A DNA stretch of 63,965 nucleotides, counting the filler, from Babesia bigemina (Eukaryota): the NCBI RefSeq assembly GCF_000981445.1. It is 12 parts of 12 records of this genome, joined end to end, with 100 filler letters (N's around TTAATTAATTAA, not from the genome) between each part and the next. Parts side by side here need not be neighbours in the genome. Positions count along the whole stretch, not along the records: positions 1 to 12,656 come from NW_012236941.1; 11 more parts are not named here. One strand, given 5' to 3'. Under the pieces are notes generated by a model. That model ran no database searches, was not told the origin of the DNA, and saw nothing but the letters and a program-made list of their open reading frames with translations. The position numbers and the translations under genes were made by a program. Of this stretch, positions 1 to 8,394 are shown piece after piece. Numbering within the stretch: position 1 is the stretch's first letter; each line of letters opens with the position of its first letter.

Positions 1-404
1 AGAGTGGGTTAGGGAGCGATGTAGAGTGGGTTGAGGGCCTATGTGGAGTGGGTTAAGGGGCGATGTAGAGTGGATAAAGGGGCGATGTAGAGTGGGTTAA
101 GGGGCGATGTGGAGTGGGTAAAGGGGCGATGTAGAGTGGTTAAAGGAGCGATGTAGAGTGGGTAAAGGAGCGATGTAGGGTGGGTTAAGGAGCGATGTGG
201 AGTGGGTTAAGGGGCGATGTAGAGTGGGTTAGGGAGCGATGTGGAGTGGGTTAGGGAGCGATGAAGAGTGGATAAAGGGGCGATGTAGAGTGGGTAAGGG
301 GCGAAGTGGAGTGGATAAAGGGGCGATGTGGAGTGGGTTAAGGGGCGATGTGGAGTGGGTTAGGGAGCGATGTAGAGTGGGTAAAGGGGCGATGAGGAGT
401 GGAT
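1..404. repeat. 22-bp degenerate G-rich tandem array (repeat A)
   Basis: Unit ~GGGGCGATGTAGAGTGG(A/G)T(A/T)A(A/G), period 22 (CGATG at 61, 83, 105). Confidence 0.97.
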
Positions 405-427
405 AATAATCACCACTTAGGTCACCA

Positions 428-828
428 CTGTCATCGCTGCCGTCACCATGACATCGCTGCCGTCACCATGTCATCGCTGCCGTAACCATGTCATCGCTGC
501 CGTGACCATGTCATCGCTGCCGTGACCATGTCACCGCTGCCGTAACCATGTCATCGCTACTGTGTCCATGTCATCGCTGCCGTAACCATGTCATCGCTGC
601 CGTAACCATGTCATCGCTACTGTGTCCATGTCATCGCTGCCGTAACCATGTCATCGCTGCCGTAACCATGTCATCGCTGCCGTGACCAAGATATCGTTGC
701 CGTAACCGTGTCATCGCTGCCGTGACCATGTCATCGCTGCCGTGACCATGTCATCGCTGCCGTGACCATGTCATCGCTGCCTAACCATGTCATCGCTGCC
801 GTGACCATGTCATCGCTGCCGTGACCAT
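428..828. repeat. 20-bp tandem array (repeat B)
   Basis: Unit CATGTCATCGCTGCCGT(G/A)AC, period 20. Confidence 0.97.
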
Positions 829-962
829 CAACTTGGTCACCTCACTGCTCATGTGAATAGTCATCAACGCGATCATTACTGTCTACCACATTAGATGCCA
901 GTTGCCAGTTAGGTCATAAGTGGGATTTGGATTACGATGTTTGCTCTACGAAATTGTCGAGT

Positions 963-1532
963 TCAGCTGTAAAACGCGATGCAGAAGGGTATCTTGCGTA
1001 CGAGGAAATCGCGGATGTTGCGGCCCACCGGGAAGCGGAAGATGCACAGGTCGAGCAGGATGATGGCGACGATGATGCCAACGATGACGGCGGCGATGGC
1101 GGAGTACGGAGGGGGGGCAAGTGTGGAAGTGGTGGACTGATCGTCACTGTCGAGACTCTGATCACTGTGGAGAGTGCCGGCAACACCGGGGGGAGCGGAA
1201 GACTCTGCACCGGTGGAAGAATGGGAGGCGGCAACGGTAAGCTGTTGAATGGCGGCAGCAGGGGCTTTACAGGCAGAATCTCCTTCTCTACATTTCTTTT
1301 CACAACATTTACATTTACAGTTATAAACATCATTGCATTTAATCTTACATTTCTCAGTGCCGCAGTCTTCAAATTTCTTGCCCATTTCGCGCATCCAGAC
1401 AATTCCGTAACATCCATCGCAACTTCTATGATTCTTACATTTTTCACAACACCACGGACAACAAATACAATCAGGATACTTACAATGCGTATTACATATA
1501 CATGGAGCACCTGACGTTGACACCCAAACCAT
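963..1532 (-). CDS. Small Cys/Lys-rich protein (CCPWCC motif) with Ser/Pro/Thr linker, C-terminal TM and basic tail, 189 aa
   Basis: ATG in GGGGAAG-ATG context shared with paralog at 32183; TM AIAAVIVGIIVAIILLDLCIF; tail repeated at 38708 and 39192. Confidence 0.8.
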   Translation of the reverse strand: MVWVSTSGAPCICNTHCKYPDCICCPWCCEKCKNHRSCDGCYGIVWMREMGKKFEDCGTEKCKIKCNDVYNCKCKCCEKKCREGDSACKAPAAAIQQLTVAASHSSTGAESSAPPGVAGTLHSDQSLDSDDQSTTSTLAPPPYSAIAAVIVGIIVAIILLDLCIFRFPVGRNIRDFLVRKIPFCIAFYS

Positions 1533-1534
1533 CT

Positions 1535-1860
1535 TCCCCTCCCACTCCCCTCAACCTGCAAACTATCAATCACTCAAGCAGCACTCACCAACTGCAACAC
1601 TACCACTGCCGCTCCCACTCCCCTCAACCTGCGAACATATCAATCATCTAAGCAACGCACTCACCAACTGCAACACTACCACTGCCGCGCCCACTCCCCT
1701 CAACCTGCGAACATATCAATCACCTATGCAAGCACTCACCAACTGCAACACTACCACTGCCGCTCCCAGTCTCCTCAGCCTGCAAACTATCAATCACCTA
1801 GCAAGCACTCACCAACTGCAACACTATCACTGCCGCTTACAGTCCCCTCATCAACACGTA
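1535..1860. repeat. ~75-bp tandem array (repeat D) upstream of small Cys-rich gene
   Basis: About four units of CTCACCAACTGCAACAC(G)TACCACTGCCGCTCCCAGTCCCCTCAACCTGC..ATATCAATCA. Confidence 0.92.
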
Positions 1861-2358
1861 CCCTCATCCCTGTATTCCCCCAGCCCAGGCCACCGACACC
1901 CACGCTGCCCGGGATACCACAGCTGCCCTGACGCGACGCATGTGACCAGCACCAACTGTCACTCTAAATAAATGACAATTCGCAACGCCATAAAAATTGC
2001 AGCGACCCGTGCGCTCAACTCCCACAGTGCAGCAGCACCGTGCTACGAGCCGCGGTATCGGCGCCATACTGGCGGAGTGTGTCGGCTACGTGCCTAAATG
2101 TGATATTAACAATCGCTACCTTGCCGCCTATAAATGCTACTTAACCGAGCCAACGCCGATTACGCCACCCTGCCAACGACTCGCAACACACGACTTAGGT
2201 CACCCGCCGCGGCCCTCACGACCGCCTACGTCAGCGACCAATCACCTAGCCTCACGTGGCACTGACTCTATGGGTAACGCGGACGCCTCTCACAGTCAAC
2301 GCACAACTCAACGCACCAGGCAATCAACGTGCTACAACACCCACCAAATTACGGTTCA
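1861..2358 (-). promoter_or_regulatory. Conserved ~500-bp GC-rich non-coding element between repeats C and D (candidate promoter/5' region of small gene)
   Basis: Near-identical copies at 41550-42045, 45265-45770, 63353-63865 and partial at 32966-33076. Regulatory role is inferred from position only. Confidence 0.5.
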
Positions 2359-2359
2359 T

Positions 2360-2815
2360 GTGCCAGCTTAGCACTTTGCCTGATTGCTAGCTTAGCACTT
2401 TGCCTGGGTGCTAGGTTAGCACTTAGCCTGGTTGCTAGCTAAACACTTTGCCTGGGTGCTATGTTACCACGTTGCCTGGTTGCTAGCTTAGCACTTTGCC
2501 TGGGTGCTAGCTTAGCACTTTGCCTGGGTGCTAGGTTACCACTTTGCCTGGTTGCTAGCTTAGCACTTTGCCTGACTGCTAGGTTACCACGTTGCCTGGG
2601 TGCTAGCTTAGCACGTTGCCTGGGTGCTAGGTCAACACTTTGCCTGGTTGCTAGCTTACCACTTAGCCTGGGTGCTAGCTTAGCACTTTGCCTGGATGCC
2701 AGCTTACCACTTTCCCCGGTTGCCAGCTTATCACTTAGCTTGCGTGCTACCTTATCACTTTGCCTGAGTGCTAGATGAACACGTAGTTTGGTTGCTAGGT
2801 TAGCACTTTGCTTGG
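2360..2815. repeat. 24-bp tandem array (repeat C) downstream of LAKISYLQP-type gene
   Basis: Unit (sense) CCCAGGCAAAGTGCTAAGCTAGCA, period 24. Confidence 0.95.
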
Positions 2816-2953
2816 TCGTTCAGTCATCACCTAATCTCAACGCTATCTAGTTCACAGGTTACCCCTTGAGTAATTCGAGACATTAGACTACGTTCGTCGG
2901 TTAGGTGACTAGGTGATGCTAGGTGAGTGTAGTGATTAGAGACGTGAATACGA

Positions 2954-5900
2954 TTAAGGCTGTAGATACGATATCTTTGCAAGACTTCCGACTTGCGCCG
3001 CAGCCAATAATGACTGCGCCGTTATCCTGTGCGACGACGGTGTTCGCAGATGTGAGCGTATGTGGAGCACATCCAGTCTGCCAACCATTACGCAGATGAG
3101 GTAGAAGAGTGATAGTGACCAAAGTGCGACGTTGAGCCATATAAACGGCTCTCTGATGGTGAAGATGAATTCGTCGCACTTTTCGAACAGCTTTCTGAAG
3201 TAGCTGGAATTTAATACATTGTGAAGTTGTTTGTAGAAATTGTGGCAATACCTTTTCCCCTCTGCAGCTGAAAGCGTTGCTGGATTGCCGAACGTGAATC
3301 CGAAACTATACAACGTGCTTATGACACCGCGGCATTCAACGAGGCCTTTGCACTGGCAATTATAGGCAGCGCCATGCTTACCCCGTTTGCAAGCTGTGCC
3401 ATGCGTACAGCGACGACATCCCCAATCCTGGCAGGATATGTTGGTAAACGCCCTGAACAAAGATTCAAGACACTGCCAGAACGACCACGGTAAGTACACT
3501 GCCCATGACAGGTAGAGACCGGCGTGCTTCTCGGCAGCGTAGTGGTATGCATCGCTGTACAACGTGGACAGGTACGGAGCGCAGTGAACGTCGTCAGTAC
3601 TAGCGTATTTGCAGGACTCTGTTTTCGAGAGACTCGACAAGTCGGCCTCCGTAGGTCTCGGATGATTTCTACCCTCATGACTTTGGCCGTTTTTGTAAGC
3701 GTCACTAAGCGCGCCTGTGAGTTGTGATGGCTCCGCATACAAGTCGATGGACTGCTTCCTTATTGCCTTCACAAACGCAGCATTGACGGCATTTGAGTTG
3801 CCATCTCTGCTAGCATTAAACGCACCAACCAAGGTAAATACAAACTGGAAGTGCTCGGGCAGCGTCGATGGTGGCTTGGGCAGAAGGCACATCAGTGAGG
3901 ATATTAAGCCTGTGCCGAGGAAGGTCTTGATTGCGTCACGCAACTGTCTGCCCGTTTTGGTGCTGCCCGAGAAGCCCTTGAATCCGAGAGGAAGCAGGCA
4001 CGGTTGCCCTGGAGCGCTCTTGGAGCAGGTGCTGCATTTCGCCCTGCATCCAACCGACTGCAGTTGGTGCGGTAAGTGGCCAGGGAGGCTGTCACTCAGA
4101 TATAACATAAGCGGGGACGTTGGTTGGCAGTTTACTTGGCACTTTGCTTGTCCGCTTGCTTCCTCGCTTGAGTGCTCGTTACACTGCGATTTGGTTGTAG
4201 GGATGTCCCTCCCGTAGCGGCAGTGTGACCAGCCGTGGTGTTCGGGCGTGATGTTACACTGCAGTTCCAGGAACCGGAACACGGGCAACAATCGGCGCAG
4301 CAGGTCCAGCAGCATGTCCAGGCAGTCCGACGGATCCGATGGGTAATGGAAATTAAATGAGTTGTTGCAGAAGTCGGAGGCGTAGACGGTCCTGGAGTCG
4401 CCAGTGCCGACGACGGCAGTCAATACGTCATACGACGTTGCACAGATGTGGTCCACGGCTTTACGTACGTAGTTATACGATATGTTTCGGGGGTGCGCTG
4501 TTATGGATTGGGCTGCCATGTCAGTCGATGTGAGCTCAAGTTCGTCGTCGCCGGCCGCCTTCTTATGCGGGTTGTCAAATAGGTCACTGATGGTGATATC
4601 ACGCATCGTAGCATATACGGCAGTGTACGGGAAACCGCTGAGCCAGATCAATATGTCGTACACGGAGCACGGATGCTGCTTCGCTGAGGCCGTGAGCAGG
4701 TGGCACAGTTCGTTGTACTGCTCGAAGTGACTGAATATGCAGTCAACGGCGTCGAACACGTGGAAGTGGTCGGCTTTTCTTCGCTCGTTCGATTTGCACC
4801 ATTTAAGGTGTTGGTTGCCGTCGGCGCCACTAATTGGTAGCAGCAGTCGCTTGGCAACGTTCTCCCCCGCCACTGTCGGTCTGTTTTGCAACTCACCGTT
4901 CTGCAGCGCCGCATCGGAGACCGCGTAGCCGTGGCCGACAAATGATTTTCCCACGTCGGTGGACTTATTAATTTGCTGCCCACGTAGACTCTTGCAATTG
5001 TGCGTCAAGTCGGTCAAAGTGGCCTTTAGGGTGCAAACCACGGTGAGGCATATTTTGGCGAATTTTGTGCCATACGCTGTTAATTTCTGCTTTTCGAACA
5101 TCTCACCGCCAAAGGTCTCACTGTCGTAGACGGAGATGTACGCCTTTCCAAGTTCACCTACCAGACCCCGGAAACCATGGGCAATGGTTTCCAGCAGCGG
5201 AGTGTTCGGCTCAGAAAATGACTCAGGGTGGAGACCATGAACTTCTCTTACTAGAATGTCGAGCATACTGGGAACACGGTAGTCGTACCTATTATGTTCA
5301 CAAAGATGGTTGAGTAAGCGGTTAAGTTCGTTACTTACGGAATCAATTTTGGAAGTGTAGAGCGTTTCGTCGCCGGACGGCTTGGGATTGGTTTTCTCGT
5401 TATTCGCTGCGTGAACGCGTTTGGTCTCTTTTTTGAGGTACGTGTTGAGTGGCTGCCAGAACGACTGGAACTGCTTGGCCAAATCTGTGAAATGCTTGGG
5501 ATCGTACTTAGTCGAGGATATGGTTGTTGCAACACTTTTAAGCTTCTCTATATTGACATCGGAAACTGTTCTGCCATTTTCACCAGCAAACGTTCCCATG
5601 AAACCCTTGAAGCCCGTAATCAGGTCGTCGCTAATTTCCTGCGGAATGCCAGTGAGTTCCTTAGCGACCCTGTCCTCATATTGCAAGAGTAGCATCTTCA
5701 TAGTGGAAACGTAATCTATCCGGGCTCGTGTTGTGAGCTCCTTTTTCGCTTTCGCTACTTCGTCGTCGATTTGCTGTTTAAGTTTTTCGGTGGTTTCGTC
5801 GCGCAATTTATCTGCTTCAGGTTTGAGGAACTGCTCGCCAAAAGTCAAGGCTCGAGTCACCGGACCTGCTCGCAATGTTTCAAGGTCATGCTTGATTTTC

Positions 5901-8365
5901 TTTATGCTATCTTCTGCATCCTTTTTCTTAATGTCGTAATGCTTAAAGTAGGTATTTTTCAACTTTTCCAAGTTTGTCTTAGCGCTATCCTTATCATCTC
6001 TCGCCGCGTTCATGACGGCTTCACAAAGGTTTTGAAAATTTGATGTTAATGTATTGAACTGTGTTTGGACCTTGCCATTAATTACTCCGATTTGCGACAA
6101 CGCCTCCTCCACTCCCCTCTGAATGGCACCGATCGCCTGGGGGAGGGTGCCTGCTTCTCTAATGGTGTTGAAGTCAGCGGAGGTGAGGGCGTTAAGTTTG
6201 CTTTCCGTTTGGTCGACGAAACTATTATATTGATTGAACGTTGTCTTTGAATCAAGTGTGAGCGACTCAGCTGTATCACCTTTCAACCTACCATCAACCG
6301 TAGCCTTCACCTGCTCGATTGCGGAGTCCACGGCTTTGGCGAGGTTAGGCAGGTCGGTGCCGGGTTTGCCATCAGTCTGTTTGCCGGTTGCAATATTAAG
6401 CTTGCCGCAAAAATCGTTGGCTTTTTCGTATGCACTCTGAAGCATGGTTGCGATGTTAGGTGATTTGCCGAGAATGAATTTATCAAGGTCATCGGTTAGG
6501 TTCGAAGCTGCAGTTGATGTTAATATTAAAATTAATCTAACCGCAGATGTTAGATGATCTGTGTCATCGTAATAAATTTTAGTATTACTTTTTATCGTAT
6601 CGATGAACTTTTTAATTTCATGTTGGTCTTGCAGTTTCTCCTTAACTTTGGAAGCAAACGCTGTAAGATACTCCTTGATGCTATCCAAGGTTTCTTTCAC
6701 CGTCTTCTTCGCAGCTGGTACTTTATCTGTAGAACCTGCCGTCTGGGCAATCTCCACAACTCTTTGTTTGATGTTCGTTATGACTGTCTTCCTATCATCG
6801 ATGCCATAATGTTGAAGATACCTTTGTATTGCTCCGCCGACCAAACTTGCATTAATCCACTTATACAACGTACCATCATCTGCATTCTTTTCGAAAATGG
6901 TCTTAAATCCATCGGCATACGCATTCACCTTGTCCACAGCCCCTTTAAGACCACCACTGCTTCTTATGCCTGCCGTACCTTTAATATCGCTAACCTGGCT
7001 TATAATGTAATCGATGAGATTTGCGAATTTTTTTCTTTCTGTCTCTAGTACCCTGCTATATTTGTCTGTATTTATTTGATCATACAGCTTCCCAATCGCA
7101 TTCTTAATCTCCCCTACCTGCCTACTAACAGCATCCTTCACTTTCCACAAATCCTCCTTGAGCTTTCCGTCCATTTCTTTCACCTTCCCAAGCGCTGCTT
7201 TTACGTGCTCGTCAGCTGCTTTGTTGGCCTTGTTCCCAGCATCGAATAACTCGAATGCTCGGTCGTACAGCTCTTGGGCAGCGTCCTTAATCGGCTTGAC
7301 ATTGCTGAAGACAGAGTCTTCGCTAACTGCAGTAATGATTATATGAACCTTTTCTAACGCCGCTTCCACGGCAGCGTCTGCCTGCTTAATCCATTTAGTC
7401 AGATCCTGCACATACTCGAACAAGCTTTTTTCAATTGTTTTCAGCTCATCCAAAATTGCCCGGACCAACATCCGCAATTTCGTGACAAGTTCAGTCACTT
7501 CCTTACATATATGCGCATTAACTTTTTTTCCATGATCCGTACAGACACTCTCGATCCTAGACTTCATAGTATCAAAGTCTCTGCTTTCCTTATCTGACAA
7601 CTTCTTGAATCTCTCACTTTCATCTTTGACGAAGCCTACAGCTTTTATTACTTTGAGTGACAGCGGATGATTCAAATCATTAATATCGTTTTTCATCTCT
7701 GTTTTCGTATTCAGATTGAAAGTCTCATTGAACGTCGCAGCATACTGTTGACACTCTGACGACGCATTTCTAACAGACATTTCTGCCTTCTCGGCTTCTG
7801 AATGAAAACGTGTATCGATTTTTCCATTTATGTCATTTATCTTCATTTTTAGCGTGTTAATTTCTCTTTCGAAATTTTCTATTTGTTTCCTTACTTTCAA
7901 ATTACTTTTTCTAACACCATCATTATACCCCCGCACCCCTTTGACCACCTGCGCAATCGCAACATTAAAACCTTTTTTACCGGCGTGTTTATTGGTGTTA
8001 AGTGACTTAATGGCTTCATTTAAAGTATTGTTATGCTGCCCTAAATGGTCCTTGATGTTACTGAGAACACCACTCAAAAATCCCATCACCCCGTCACACA
8101 GCCTATCCAAGTCGGAGTACACAATGCCACTGCCATCGTAGCCGTTGGAGTCAGAGTTGAAGCCGAAGAAAGTCTCAAGGCCGGAACAGAGGTTAGTAAG
8201 AATGTTAGTAGGGTTGTTATTTGAGGTATTTTTTAGGTTCAAAATTTTACCAAATTTCTTGCCAAGCTCCCTAGGCGGCACATGGTCAGGGCAGTGGCAA
8301 GAGGTGGAAGAAGGGAAGGGAAGGGTGACAGAACACAAGTTATTGCTATGGTTTATAGAGGTCAT
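2954..8365 (-). CDS. ves1/VESA-like variant surface antigen, 1803 aa, class I tail; the only copy with its leader ATG in frame and uninterrupted
   Basis: ATG at 8365; GYDGSGIVYSDLDRLCDGVM; Cys-rich C-half; TM WLNVALWSLSLFYLICVMV; HIRSHL..PSSH tail ending LAKISYLQP. Confidence 0.85.
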   Translation of the reverse strand: MTSINHSNNLCSVTLPFPSSTSCHCPDHVPPRELGKKFGKILNLKNTSNNNPTNILTNLCSGLETFFGFNSDSNGYDGSGIVYSDLDRLCDGVMGFLSGVLSNIKDHLGQHNNTLNEAIKSLNTNKHAGKKGFNVAIAQVVKGVRGYNDGVRKSNLKVRKQIENFEREINTLKMKINDINGKIDTRFHSEAEKAEMSVRNASSECQQYAATFNETFNLNTKTEMKNDINDLNHPLSLKVIKAVGFVKDESERFKKLSDKESRDFDTMKSRIESVCTDHGKKVNAHICKEVTELVTKLRMLVRAILDELKTIEKSLFEYVQDLTKWIKQADAAVEAALEKVHIIITAVSEDSVFSNVKPIKDAAQELYDRAFELFDAGNKANKAADEHVKAALGKVKEMDGKLKEDLWKVKDAVSRQVGEIKNAIGKLYDQINTDKYSRVLETERKKFANLIDYIISQVSDIKGTAGIRSSGGLKGAVDKVNAYADGFKTIFEKNADDGTLYKWINASLVGGAIQRYLQHYGIDDRKTVITNIKQRVVEIAQTAGSTDKVPAAKKTVKETLDSIKEYLTAFASKVKEKLQDQHEIKKFIDTIKSNTKIYYDDTDHLTSAVRLILILTSTAASNLTDDLDKFILGKSPNIATMLQSAYEKANDFCGKLNIATGKQTDGKPGTDLPNLAKAVDSAIEQVKATVDGRLKGDTAESLTLDSKTTFNQYNSFVDQTESKLNALTSADFNTIREAGTLPQAIGAIQRGVEEALSQIGVINGKVQTQFNTLTSNFQNLCEAVMNAARDDKDSAKTNLEKLKNTYFKHYDIKKKDAEDSIKKIKHDLETLRAGPVTRALTFGEQFLKPEADKLRDETTEKLKQQIDDEVAKAKKELTTRARIDYVSTMKMLLLQYEDRVAKELTGIPQEISDDLITGFKGFMGTFAGENGRTVSDVNIEKLKSVATTISSTKYDPKHFTDLAKQFQSFWQPLNTYLKKETKRVHAANNEKTNPKPSGDETLYTSKIDSVSNELNRLLNHLCEHNRYDYRVPSMLDILVREVHGLHPESFSEPNTPLLETIAHGFRGLVGELGKAYISVYDSETFGGEMFEKQKLTAYGTKFAKICLTVVCTLKATLTDLTHNCKSLRGQQINKSTDVGKSFVGHGYAVSDAALQNGELQNRPTVAGENVAKRLLLPISGADGNQHLKWCKSNERRKADHFHVFDAVDCIFSHFEQYNELCHLLTASAKQHPCSVYDILIWLSGFPYTAVYATMRDITISDLFDNPHKKAAGDDELELTSTDMAAQSITAHPRNISYNYVRKAVDHICATSYDVLTAVVGTGDSRTVYASDFCNNSFNFHYPSDPSDCLDMLLDLLRRLLPVFRFLELQCNITPEHHGWSHCRYGRDIPTTKSQCNEHSSEEASGQAKCQVNCQPTSPLMLYLSDSLPGHLPHQLQSVGCRAKCSTCSKSAPGQPCLLPLGFKGFSGSTKTGRQLRDAIKTFLGTGLISSLMCLLPKPPSTLPEHFQFVFTLVGAFNASRDGNSNAVNAAFVKAIRKQSIDLYAEPSQLTGALSDAYKNGQSHEGRNHPRPTEADLSSLSKTESCKYASTDDVHCAPYLSTLYSDAYHYAAEKHAGLYLSWAVYLPWSFWQCLESLFRAFTNISCQDWGCRRCTHGTACKRGKHGAAYNCQCKGLVECRGVISTLYSFGFTFGNPATLSAAEGKRYCHNFYKQLHNVLNSSYFRKLFEKCDEFIFTIREPFIWLNVALWSLSLFYLICVMVGRLDVLHIRSHLRTPSSHRITAQSLLAAAQVGSLAKISYLQP

Positions 8366-8394
8366 AGCGTTAATAAGACGAGGTAATTCGAGGG

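Noticed and set aside
927..1573. Alternative overlapping ORFs 927-1514 (+) and 932-1573 (-)
   Set aside because: Non-ATG starts; only the 963-1532 frame has a paralog with conserved motifs.
1997..2371. Recurrent ORF in the 500-bp element (also 41523-41888, 63538-63720)
   Set aside because: Non-ATG starts, differing lengths and a stop in one copy; similarity simply follows DNA identity.
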